The translations under genes were made by a program, and so were the position numbers. From Escherichia phage vB_Eco_NR1, in the sequence record LR990704: a DNA stretch of 64,000 nucleotides. One strand, written 5' to 3'. Positions 22,382-30,725 of this stretch are shown one piece after another. Under the pieces are notes generated by a model. It did not search any database. It saw nothing but the letters and a program-made list of their open reading frames with translations, and was not told the origin of the DNA. Positions within the stretch are counted from its first letter, which is position 1. Each line of letters opens with the position of its first letter.

Positions 22382-24478
22382 TTATCCTTGAACGAACTTG
22401 TAAGGCATGTTTGTAATATCTATGCAAGACGCAATAATTCCAAGAGATGATTCTACTTTCTGTTTAATATTTGATGAAACAAATGATGCAAAGTCAACTC
22501 TGTCTTCTATTTCAATATCACCTGTCATTGCAACTACTTCGCCAGTTTCCATTAAACGGTCACCGTCATAAATTACCGATTCGGTGAGTTCTTCGGTGGT
22601 CATAACTTCAGCTTGAATGAGTTTTGTATTATTAGACGTGGTTCCGTCATTATTAGAAGCATCAGTTATTTTATTAACTTTGACCATCAATCCGCGCGGT
22701 AGAATAACTTCGGCTTCTGTTGCTATTCCGAGACTTCCTGGATATACAACATTAACTTTATGAGCTCCATCAATTGCCCATCCTATTTGAACTTTAACGT
22801 ATTCAGGATTTTCTTTATACGCTCTTATTTCGTTTGGATTAATAGTTATTCCTTCTTCATTTTTATCAACTGTTAATTCATTGCGAGCTTCTGGTTCTAA
22901 AAGACCAATACCAGCATGTGTAATTCCAAAACGTCCAAAAATGATAGGAGTTAAAGAAGTAGATACAAAATTTCTGAAATAGAACACTTTATTTTTAACT
23001 AGTGCTTCGTATATAGGAGCAGTCATACTTTGAGCACGATAAACTGTAATGCCTTCCGGTATACGGTCACCATTTTCAAAAGCTGAATCTAAATTATTTA
23101 TAGCAGATTCAATTTCTTTTTCACTCATTATATCATATCGTTCTGGATTGTAACGACCTAAAAGAAGATTATTGATGTCTGTATATCCTGAACCACAATA
23201 CTCTCTAATGCCGCGCTTTTGTGATGGAGTATATTTAGAACCATCACGGGCAATAGTAATATCAATCATTGGACCTGCACCAATTCCGGAAAAGCTATAA
23301 ATCATTCGTTTGAGGAATTTAGTTTTTGCTGCATTCCAGGCATTTTTAGTTATTTCTCCCCAGACTTCATCTGGTTGCCCTTTACGAGTTTTATTATGTT
23401 TATCAAGCCAATTATCTTTATATTCTTCAAAGAATTTATTAACAGCTGCTGCGTATTTCTCTAAACATTTTATTGAAGTAGTTGGTTCATTTTTGATTGC
23501 GTTAAAAATTACATCTTTAATTTTTTCGGAAACTTCATCAACCTCACTTTTTGAAAAGAATTTATAGTCATAGTGAAGTTCATTCGCAGTTCCTTCGGCA
23601 ATAATTTTTGCTGCCTTAGTTTTAGAAGCTAATGAATTAATTCCAAGCTTCATTTCTTCTGCTTCGGGAATTAAAGGAGCGGTAGCAGGTTTATTGAAAT
23701 TAGCTGCGGTAGATTCATACTTCTGGAATAATTCACTTTCAAATCTAGAAGACTCTAACGATTGACTTTGTGCAATTGCTCTACGGGAAATTTTAACTTT
23801 AACGATTACAGCTTGGTCAGAACGTTTATCGTTTTCTTGTGCAATAGATGCTGCAATTGCCTCATTTTTAGTTACTTGAGCCCCAGTATCTTTATTGATA
23901 TAAACATCACCGACCTTCGATTCAACTTTAGTAAAGAGCTCGGTACTAATTTCCGGAACTCCTGGAATGTCTTCTAGTGATACATTTTTGCGATGTATAA
24001 GAATATATGCATACTTTTTATCATAATCCCAGAGTTCCTTAAGAAGGACGTATCTGCCACCTGAACGACTACGGATAAGTCTATCAGCAATAACTTGAAT
24101 TTGTCGAGCTTGACCAGCGGTTTTAGACTTAAGAATACGGAGCATACAGGCATCAATTTTATACTGACGCATTGTTTGCATTGCAACAGTAAAAACTGAA
24201 TTGATATAATTAATTGGGCTTGGACCAAGACCTTTTAATTTAGCAATTGAACCTTTAGCAGTTAATGTAAAAGGAACAATATGCATCATTTTATCGCCCA
24301 TCTTTAAATCGCGATTAGTATCACCTCCAGATGTATAGGTACATAAACGAAAGCCTGGCTGTTCAATTGCATCATCAACGTGAACTGAAAAAATTTGCGG
24401 TATTTTCTTCTTTGGATTTAAGTTTGTAATCGGAAGAGTAGTATCTTCGTCAAATAATTCTGTAATAAGTTCCATCAT
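22382..24478 (-). CDS. alt: Alt ADP-ribosyltransferase (capsid-packaged, injected)
   Basis: 698 aa; MMELITELFDEDTTLPITNLNPKKKIPQIF.. recognised as T4 Alt; R / STS / EAE motifs; late promoter and SD upstream. Confidence 0.9.
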   Translation of the reverse strand: MMELITELFDEDTTLPITNLNPKKKIPQIFSVHVDDAIEQPGFRLCTYTSGGDTNRDLKMGDKMMHIVPFTLTAKGSIAKLKGLGPSPINYINSVFTVAMQTMRQYKIDACMLRILKSKTAGQARQIQVIADRLIRSRSGGRYVLLKELWDYDKKYAYILIHRKNVSLEDIPGVPEISTELFTKVESKVGDVYINKDTGAQVTKNEAIAASIAQENDKRSDQAVIVKVKISRRAIAQSQSLESSRFESELFQKYESTAANFNKPATAPLIPEAEEMKLGINSLASKTKAAKIIAEGTANELHYDYKFFSKSEVDEVSEKIKDVIFNAIKNEPTTSIKCLEKYAAAVNKFFEEYKDNWLDKHNKTRKGQPDEVWGEITKNAWNAAKTKFLKRMIYSFSGIGAGPMIDITIARDGSKYTPSQKRGIREYCGSGYTDINNLLLGRYNPERYDIMSEKEIESAINNLDSAFENGDRIPEGITVYRAQSMTAPIYEALVKNKVFYFRNFVSTSLTPIIFGRFGITHAGIGLLEPEARNELTVDKNEEGITINPNEIRAYKENPEYVKVQIGWAIDGAHKVNVVYPGSLGIATEAEVILPRGLMVKVNKITDASNNDGTTSNNTKLIQAEVMTTEELTESVIYDGDRLMETGEVVAMTGDIEIEDRVDFASFVSSNIKQKVESSLGIIASCIDITNMPYKFVQG

Positions 24479-24498
24479 AGCCTCTCTAGTGTTTATTC

Positions 24499-24506
24499 TA
24501 TTTATA
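24499..24506 (-). promoter_or_regulatory. late promoter (minus strand) for alt
   Basis: Reverse-complement TATAAATA about 20 nt upstream of the alt ATG; fits Alt being a late, capsid-packaged protein. Confidence 0.65.
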
Positions 24507-24529
24507 AAATTAAAGGCCCGAAGGCCTTT
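24500..24529 (-). terminator. intrinsic terminator upstream of alt
   Basis: AAAGGCC-UUCG-GGCCUUU stem-loop followed by a U-rich tract on the minus strand. Confidence 0.65.
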
Positions 24530-24716
24530 AGTAATCTAGTGGTAAGAGAGTACGATATATTTCAAACTTTGGTCCTTTTTCATAGGCATCAAATGTTTCT
24601 GTAAATTTATTATAAGCGTATGCATCTACAAATTCGAGAATGACTTGTGATACAGAAGTAGAAACATCTCCACCTTCTTTTTGAGCAATGACAATTGTTT
24701 CTAAGTAAGCTTTCAT
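24528..24716 (-). CDS. hypothetical protein, 62 aa (alt.1-like position)
   Basis: Small ORF whose start overlaps the ligase stop; terminator hairpin downstream. Confidence 0.6.
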   Translation of the reverse strand: MKAYLETIVIAQKEGGDVSTSVSQVILEFVDAYAYNKFTETFDAYEKGPKFEIYRTLLPLDY

Positions 24717-26176
24717 AGACCAGTTACCTCATGAAAATCACCAAATACATCCTCGAATGTATTAGCTTTAGTTTTATCTTCACGTAAACGAATCGCAATC
24801 GGAAGAAATAATTTAACGTAATCAGTGCGGCCATCAGATTTTAACCAACCGTTGCATTCGCACTCTAGAATTTTTCCAATATAATAATTTTGGTTTTCCA
24901 TAATGCGAGTACGGTCAAGCTCATGTGATTTTACGCCGGCTTTATCTTTTAAGCCTGAACCAGCATTTACTTTAATTTTTCCACATTCTGATTCAAGAAT
25001 AAATCCACCCGCTTTAGTAGGGTCTTTACGGTGAGGATAAATTCCTACAATTTTTAAATCAACATCAATTACTTCTTTAAATTTATAAAGATTTTTTGAA
25101 CGAGCATTTTCCCATAATCCATCGATATTTTTGAGAATAATACCTTCAAGACCTTGGTCAATATACTTTTTATAAATTACCTTAGCTTCATCTAGGTTAT
25201 TTACTACCTGGTTTTCAATTAAAATTACTTTATCATATCCTGATGTCATTTGTTCTAGTTTAGAAAAACGTACATCATATTTTAAACGAAACGCCGGAAG
25301 ACCATATATTTCTACTAACGGGACATAATCCCAGACCTGAAACTTCATGCATTGAGCTTCTTTTTCAGAAATGGTTCCTTTTAAGGATTTATTGGCGATT
25401 CCATTAGAAGTAGTACGAGATTCCGCTACTTCAGCAAACTCTTTAGCTTTACTAATTTCAGGATAAGCATCAAAAAGAAAATCTAGGCCTTCTGGCTCCT
25501 TTTTAACTTGCTCATGGTATACCAATTCGCCATCAATTAACACACCTTCTGGATGAATCTGGCGGGCTTCAGCGGTCATTTTGATTAACTCTTCCTTAAG
25601 AAGATCTAATCCTAGATATTCATTACCAGCTCGTGATAAAAGACGGACATCATCTAATTCATCACCTCTAACTTCAGCAAAACACCGAGCTCCATCTGCT
25701 TTTAATTGTGCAAAGGCTGGAAATTTGATATTCTTACTAATGCCTTTTTCATCATAAGAACTTGCGAGCATTTGAGGTTGTTCAGGAATTAAACCTGGCC
25801 AAACTTTGTTTGCAATAGATACTGAAGCACCACATTCAAGGTCTCGCATCATCACTCGACGCAAAACTTCAACATCATCTTTTTTACCATCAGTGATATA
25901 TCCAGATAATTCCTCAATTGCCGCATTTCCGGTCAATTTCCGAGTAGCTAACGTGAATTCAATGAAGTCAAGCATATCGGTAAGAGTCAACATTCCAAAA
26001 CTCTGGGTAGCAATACCAGATTTAGGCCATTTCTTGATATAATACTGCAACCCACGAGAATAAGTCAGACGATATACTCGTTTAAGCAATTCATTATCTT
26101 TATTCTTTTCAAGAATTGCTTGCTTCTGCTTAGTTGAACCAATAGATGCTATTTCGTTCAGAATTTTAAGAATCAT
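24713..26176 (-). CDS. 30: ATP-dependent DNA ligase gp30
   Basis: 487 aa; N-terminus MILKILNEIASIGSTKQKQ.. and adenylation lysine motif (..AQLKADGAR..). Confidence 0.95.
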   Translation of the reverse strand: MILKILNEIASIGSTKQKQAILEKNKDNELLKRVYRLTYSRGLQYYIKKWPKSGIATQSFGMLTLTDMLDFIEFTLATRKLTGNAAIEELSGYITDGKKDDVEVLRRVMMRDLECGASVSIANKVWPGLIPEQPQMLASSYDEKGISKNIKFPAFAQLKADGARCFAEVRGDELDDVRLLSRAGNEYLGLDLLKEELIKMTAEARQIHPEGVLIDGELVYHEQVKKEPEGLDFLFDAYPEISKAKEFAEVAESRTTSNGIANKSLKGTISEKEAQCMKFQVWDYVPLVEIYGLPAFRLKYDVRFSKLEQMTSGYDKVILIENQVVNNLDEAKVIYKKYIDQGLEGIILKNIDGLWENARSKNLYKFKEVIDVDLKIVGIYPHRKDPTKAGGFILESECGKIKVNAGSGLKDKAGVKSHELDRTRIMENQNYYIGKILECECNGWLKSDGRTDYVKLFLPIAIRLREDKTKANTFEDVFGDFHEVTGL

Positions 26177-26442
26177 TGTTCATCCTTTAGAGTTTGGTTT
26201 ACAGCTCTATTATAAATCAATTCATCATTAAGCTCAGTCAAAGACCTATGGTACGTGGTTCTAACTTTATTTCCTTGCATCCAGTGTTTGACGTAAATGA
26301 AACCTTGCTCTACACATTTTTTAAAAATTCGTTCGTCTTTTTGAGCTCGGAATTCTGGATTGCATCTAAAAAATTGATTTACGTGACCGTAATCACGTGT
26401 AGTATTACCTTCATTTTCATAAATAGTGTGAACAACAAACAT
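26173..26442 (-). CDS. 30.1: hypothetical protein (T4 30.1 position)
   Basis: 89 aa ORF with ATGA overlap to the ligase start. Confidence 0.65.
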   Translation of the reverse strand: MFVVHTIYENEGNTTRDYGHVNQFFRCNPEFRAQKDERIFKKCVEQGFIYVKHWMQGNKVRTTYHRSLTELNDELIYNRAVNQTLKDEQ

Positions 26443-27278
26443 TAGAATGCTCCTTGGAAAATATTATCACCACTAGTAGGTCTATTATACAAATACTCTA
26501 TGCCACCAGGTTTAATATAGTTCCATGTCTGAAACGGATGTGTCTGATATGGATGATATGGATTATAAGGATTAAATCCAGGAGTTCTCCAGGTAGTGTT
26601 CCAACGAAAAGAATCATTTTTAATCATCTTTTCAATTACATCTTTTATAGCTTTTTCACTATCAAAACTTTCTTTATTTTCCTTTGGTGAAAAAAGCTTA
26701 TTCTCTACATCGTTCCATGTATAAACTCGCTGAGCGGTTTTTGGAATACTGTCACGTTCCCCTCGAGCCATCCAATACACAGGAACACGTAATATTTCAC
26801 TCGCATGATCGCAGTGGTGAGCGAGATCGTCAATATAACAAATTACGTTATATTTCTCTTTTGCCTTTTTGAACAACTCTTCTTTTGAAGAATCATGACC
26901 ACACATCATTACTTCTGAGAAGGCACCAGGAAAAAGAGCATTCAAATTAAATTGACGATTCAGCAGAGCGTCAATAGAATCACCCAATGCTGTAACAGCT
27001 ACAAAATTATAATCTTCTTTTAATTTGTTAATTACACACAGAGCATCTTTATATGGAGACAAATAACGAATAAAATCTGATCGATTGTATTTTTCAATTA
27101 GCTTAACGCCAAGTTCTTCATCACAGTTAAAGAGTTTACCAGGAGAAATAAATTTCTCATCCTGGATCATTTTTAAAATATGTTCTAACGGAAGATTATA
27201 TTTCTGAGCAAAATAAGGAAGGCCTGATTGCCAGCTTAAACATACTCCATCAATATCAGTTAAAATAGTAGGCTTCAT
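26442..27278 (-). CDS. 30.2: HAD-superfamily hydrolase-like protein (T4 30.2 position)
   Basis: 278 aa; N-terminal DIDGV motif (HAD motif I). Confidence 0.75.
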   Translation of the reverse strand: MKPTILTDIDGVCLSWQSGLPYFAQKYNLPLEHILKMIQDEKFISPGKLFNCDEELGVKLIEKYNRSDFIRYLSPYKDALCVINKLKEDYNFVAVTALGDSIDALLNRQFNLNALFPGAFSEVMMCGHDSSKEELFKKAKEKYNVICYIDDLAHHCDHASEILRVPVYWMARGERDSIPKTAQRVYTWNDVENKLFSPKENKESFDSEKAIKDVIEKMIKNDSFRWNTTWRTPGFNPYNPYHPYQTHPFQTWNYIKPGGIEYLYNRPTSGDNIFQGAF

Positions 27279-27598
27279 AGAGAGTCTCTTAATAGGTTTA
27301 ACACATCAATAAATTCAGCTTCGGTTAGTATTGTATCATCTTTTGTTAGACCACTAGCCATGCTGTGCTTCAAAACTTTTCCTTTCGAGGCTTGTAATGC
27401 ATCACGAAAGCCCTTGTTTTGGATCGCTGCTTCAAAATATGCATTTGTGTATAATTCTTTCCACGCCGGGGAGTATCTTGAAAATGGAACTCCAAGCCAG
27501 AAGAAGGGTCCCACGGTCCTGAGCTCTAGCATAAGACCTTCCAGCTTGTTGAGCGGCAAGCCCGGATAACCCAAATATACGACGTTGTTGTTCAACAT
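27275..27598 (-). CDS. 30.3: NADAR-like domain, C-terminal segment (T4 30.3 position)
   Basis: 107 aa ORF; ..SRYSPAWKELYTNAYFEAAIQNKGFRDALQ.. resembles the C-terminal half of YbiA/NADAR proteins. Confidence 0.55.
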   Translation of the reverse strand: MLNNNVVYLGYPGLPLNKLEGLMLELRTVGPFFWLGVPFSRYSPAWKELYTNAYFEAAIQNKGFRDALQASKGKVLKHSMASGLTKDDTILTEAEFIDVLNLLRDSL

Positions 27599-27740
27599 TT
27601 TTCACCTTGCACCCTTGGAGGAATCCTTCAAGACCTCCAAATTGAATACCATCCATAACGAAAGGCCATTGGGCGAAATTACTTAATGCGCATGATGGCC
27701 ATCTAAAATTACTTCTAATCTCTAACTCAGACATTTTCAA
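27432..27740 (-). CDS. 30.3': NADAR-like domain, N-terminal segment in an overlapping frame (T4 30.3' position)
   Basis: 102 aa ORF; ..LSNFAQWPFVMDGIQF..EGFLQGCK.. resembles the N-terminal NADAR motif; overlaps 27432..27598 in a different frame. Confidence 0.5.
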   Translation of the reverse strand: MKMSELEIRSNFRWPSCALSNFAQWPFVMDGIQFGGLEGFLQGCKVKNVEQQRRIFGLSGLAAQQAGRSYARAQDRGTLLLAWSSIFKILPGVERIIHKCIF

Positions 27741-27933
27741 TGCTTATAATTTCAACATCAGCCCAATGACCATAGCAAGGAAGACGAAATTCAACTGGCC
27801 AGTTAGGGTCCTTTTCTAATATAATAGACTCAACTTTCGGTTCTTCGTGTTCATCAGTATACGGATTTTTATCTGTTACTTTATATGTGACCTTAATGTA
27901 CTGAATTCCAAAAATCTTATTAATTATATTCAT
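27727..27933 (-). CDS. 30.4: hypothetical protein (T4 30.4 position)
   Basis: 68 aa ORF, overlapping-start chain typical of phage early operons. Confidence 0.6.
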   Translation of the reverse strand: MNIINKIFGIQYIKVTYKVTDKNPYTDEHEEPKVESIILEKDPNWPVEFRLPCYGHWADVEIISIENV

Positions 27934-28127
27934 ACTAATTCCTTTAATCCGTAAATAGGAGATAATTCATCACCCATACGAAGGTCTTCATTTCCATCTA
28001 CCCAGGAAACAATATAAGCCTCTTTTATTTGAATACCACTCCATTTAAATGGAGGTAGAACCTTAGAAATTAATCCAGGTATACCAACTCCCTTTAATTC
28101 AACAGTTTGACCTAAAAAGAATTTCAT
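27930..28127 (-). CDS. 30.5: hypothetical protein (T4 30.5 position)
   Basis: 65 aa ORF, ATGA coupling to neighbours. Confidence 0.6.
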   Translation of the reverse strand: MKFFLGQTVELKGVGIPGLISKVLPPFKWSGIQIKEAYIVSWVDGNEDLRMGDELSPIYGLKELV

Positions 28128-28414
28128 TAGAACCTCATCTGAAAACCGTGCGATTTAACATTACCGCCGCCAATATCAGAAATGTTAATTTCGCGCGCAA
28201 TTGAAGGGTCAATGTCAATTTCACGATTGAGTTTAGTGATAGCTAAAGTATCGCGCCCATTTACAGTACGGAACTCTAAAGGACAAACCACATCAACGTA
28301 GTTTTTAATCGATTCGCTAGTAGGTTGCAAATGTGCAGGAAGGTCTTTAGGCGACTTTGAGAAAACTACTTCGCAGAAGTTTTTACGGGTATCAAAATAA
28401 GTAGTCATAAACAT
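28127..28414 (-). CDS. 30.6: hypothetical protein (T4 30.6 position)
   Basis: 95 aa ORF. Confidence 0.65.
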   Translation of the reverse strand: MFMTTYFDTRKNFCEVVFSKSPKDLPAHLQPTSESIKNYVDVVCPLEFRTVNGRDTLAITKLNREIDIDPSIAREINISDIGGGNVKSHGFQMRF

Positions 28415-28455
28415 AACATTTTCCTCAGTAAGGGGCCAAAGCCCCTCATTTTATT

Positions 28456-28821
28456 TTAAATATCAAATTCATTAAGAACTACATCAAAGATTGCTTCAAG
28501 ATGCTCAGGTTTGGCTTTGTTACTCAGAATATGACGAATCCAAGTTTTAACTAAAAGTTTACGATTAACACCATTCCAGCAAGGATGAGTCCCTAAATCG
28601 CGTTGACGGAAATCATCATCCAGAGCGATTTTAAAGTTGGAACCTTCCATCGTGATTGAAACCGTGATACCGTTTTCAAATCGCATATAAACGTAGTTAG
28701 GAGTCATATACTGTTCAATTTCGCATACTGAACCATTTTGATGTTTCCAAAGGCAGATGGTATCAATAGAACCTGCAATACCATTAGAAACATATTTACG
28801 TTCAAAGTTGATGTAGTTCAT
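28456..28821 (-). CDS. 30.7: hypothetical protein (T4 30.7 position)
   Basis: 121 aa ORF downstream of an early promoter with dyad symmetry. Confidence 0.7.
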   Translation of the reverse strand: MNYINFERKYVSNGIAGSIDTICLWKHQNGSVCEIEQYMTPNYVYMRFENGITVSITMEGSNFKIALDDDFRQRDLGTHPCWNGVNRKLLVKTWIRHILSNKAKPEHLEAIFDVVLNEFDI

Positions 28822-28858
28822 TTTTATTCTCCGGGATGTTTAATTGCGGTACAGGTAT

Positions 28859-28887
28859 ATAATATCATATCCTGTACCAAAGTAAAC
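28859..28887 (-). promoter_or_regulatory. sigma70-type early promoter upstream of 30.7, -10 bracketed by an 8 bp inverted repeat
   Basis: Minus strand GTTTAC, 17 nt, TATTAT; inverted repeat GGTACAGG / CCTGTACC at 28848..28878. Confidence 0.5.
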
Positions 28888-29032
28888 AATTATTTTACTA
28901 CTTTCCAGTGCTTCATGTCAAGTTTACCAACTTTTTTCATCTTCTCAATTAAGCGTTCGGCACGTTGGCGAGCTGTAACATAATGCCATTCACCTAATTC
29001 ATTTTGTTCAATTTTTCCAACGATTACTGTAT

Positions 29033-29221
29033 TCAATTCATAAATCCAACCAGTAAAGAAATTATGAACTTGAATTGTAAAGGTGAAATCTGTTCCATAC
29101 CTTCTGCTGTTTCTACTTCAATAATATCACCTTCAACTGCCATTAAGAACCACATAGTTTCATCATATTTACCATTGAAGCATTTAGTTTTAACTGTAGC
29201 GTTCAGATTAATCGTTTTCAT
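29033..29221 (-). CDS. 30.8: hypothetical protein, 62 aa, possibly the N-terminal part of a frameshifted 30.8
   Basis: ORF with SD (AAGGAG) and early promoter upstream; the -1 frame stays open for about 46 more codons to 28890. Confidence 0.55.
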   Translation of the reverse strand: MKTINLNATVKTKCFNGKYDETMWFLMAVEGDIIEVETAEGMEQISPLQFKFIISLLVGFMN

Positions 29222-29294
29222 TTTATTCTCCTTTGTTTGTGTAAGATAATACTATCACAAAGGAGCTATACTGTAAACAACTTTATGCAATCTT

Positions 29295-29327
29295 TGGAAA
29301 ATAAAAAAGGACTCCCGAAGGAGTCCT
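29295..29327 (-). terminator. intrinsic terminator after 30.9
   Basis: AGGACUCC-UUCG-GGAGUCCU stem-loop followed by UUUUUUAUUUU on the minus strand. Confidence 0.8.
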
Positions 29328-29331
29328 CAAC

Positions 29332-29508
29332 TTATGCTTTCTGCTTACCAAAACGAGAAGCATCATCTCGAAGAACCGCACGTGCTCGGCGCATGATCTT
29401 CTCAACAGTTTGATTGATACGAGAGTTCGACCCACGCTTGTAGCCAGCGCGTTTAGAATCACCAACTTTCTTTTCAACTGCTTTCTTTGCTTTAACTTGT
29501 TTTGCCAT
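29332..29508 (-). CDS. 30.9: small basic protein (T4 30.9 position)
   Basis: Likely start is the internal ATG (MAKQVKAKKAVEKK..); the provided ORF 29332..29550 starts upstream inside a hairpin; terminator downstream. Confidence 0.6.
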   Translation of the reverse strand: MAKQVKAKKAVEKKVGDSKRAGYKRGSNSRINQTVEKIMRRARAVLRDDASRFGKQKA

Positions 29509-29628
29509 TATAAATTCTCTTTTAAATGAAAATGCAGGACTTATTGGCATTGCCTGCGCAAGCCCTCAAAGGGGTACTTAGGTTTTGAATATTTACCGAC
29601 AGGATAACCATAAACCTCGTCAACATAA

Positions 29629-29877
29629 TTACTTCAGTGTTACCACAAAGTGACGAACTGCTTTTCGTGCAGCGGAAGCCAGAGGCTTAGCATATTTAAG
29701 TTCATCTTTTTCCTGAAGCTCAGCAGCTAATGCAGTTTGAGCAGGATTCAGATGTTTGAAATAACGCAGGATTTCAAGAGCTTCGGCTTCAACATCAATA
29801 GATGCGCCATAGTTTTCGTGACCATTATTCCATGCGTTTCGTTGCAGTTCAAGAGCGTGTTGTAATTGTTTAATCAT
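29629..29877 (-). CDS. rIII: lysis inhibition accessory protein rIII
   Basis: 82 aa; MIKQLQHALELQRNAWNNG.. recognised as rIII. Confidence 0.9.
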   Translation of the reverse strand: MIKQLQHALELQRNAWNNGHENYGASIDVEAEALEILRYFKHLNPAQTALAAELQEKDELKYAKPLASAARKAVRHFVVTLK

Positions 29878-30016
29878 TTAAAAATTCTCGTTAGAGATTA
29901 AAACTCGGTAGTCACGTTCTTCTGAATTTCATCTTCTTTCGACAGATCTCTCAGTTGTAGACTACCACATAGAATTGTTCGGTTAACTTATTATTCCGAC
30001 ACCCAATTCATATTAT

Positions 30017-30024
30017 TATTTATA
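30017..30024 (-). promoter_or_regulatory. possible late promoter (minus strand) reading toward rIII
   Basis: Reverse-complement TATAAATA abutting the gene 31 stop, about 140 nt upstream of the rIII ATG. Confidence 0.3.
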
Positions 30025-30360
30025 TCACTTATAAAGACACGGAATAGCTTTATAGTGACAAGTAACGAATTTTTGTTTAATTTCTTTTGGCTGCTTAAGA
30101 CCCAGAGCTACAAAAGGATGCGGAACGTTTCGAATTTGACCAACTGGAAGAGAAGTCAAATCACCGACTTCGCAGAAACCTTCAGGAACATCAGGACCAA
30201 CAGAGTGAACTACACACAGTTCAGGAACTTCACCTTGAACACGTTTACCGATAATAAGTCCTGATTCTGTAACTTCTTCATCACCGGCTTGTGCAGGTTC
30301 AGAAACTAAAATAACATATTCACCGACAGCACGAATTGGTAGCTGTTGTACTTCAGACAT
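30025..30360 (-). CDS. 31: co-chaperonin gp31 (GroES analogue)
   Basis: 111 aa; [21 protein letters not shown].. recognised as gp31. Confidence 0.95.
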
Positions 30361-30416
30361 CGTTTTTCCTTTTTGTTAACAGATGAATTAATAATAACAA
30401 ATAATTCTTAAAGCAT

Positions 30417-30725
30417 TTATTTACCAATAAATTGGAGCAAATGCTCAACTTTCATACCATTAACAGAAATCAATTTGTCAATAGAAAAACCTCGCCATGC
30501 ACCAAGCTCAACATCAAACACTGGAATCATGTCAGTAGATTCTTTCCGAGTAGATTCAGTCAATTTACCAGTTTGCATGGTTGGCATAAAGTCTGCATCA
30601 CGAGTACCTTTCATAGTACGAATAGTACCATCAGACTTTTCAAAAACTACGTTTGAAACACCCATGGACAATTTAGTTTTCAAAATTTCACGAATTGCTA
30701 CTTTCTGCTCAGTTGTCAGTTTCAT
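30417..30725 (-). CDS. 31.1: hypothetical protein (T4 31.1 position)
   Basis: 102 aa ORF. Confidence 0.7.
   Translation of the reverse strand: MKLTTEQKVAIREILKTKLSMGVSNVVFEKSDGTIRTMKGTRDADFMPTMQTGKLTESTRKESTDMIPVFDVELGAWRGFSIDKLISVNGMKVEHLLQFIGK

Noticed and set aside
26194-26872. Plus-strand ORFs (83, 78 and 62 aa) opposite 30.1 and 30.2
   Set aside because: Antisense to a tightly packed, translationally coupled minus-strand operon; no upstream promoter or SD, and the sequences are low-complexity and hydrophobic, as expected for AT-rich antisense frames.
28431-28446. GC hairpin (AGGGGC-CAAA-GCCCCT) between 30.7 and 30.6 as a minus-strand terminator
   Set aside because: The U-tract follows the stem on the plus strand only, whereas the flanking genes are on the minus strand; more likely an RNA stability or processing element, or a terminator for antisense read-through, than a terminator of the early operon.
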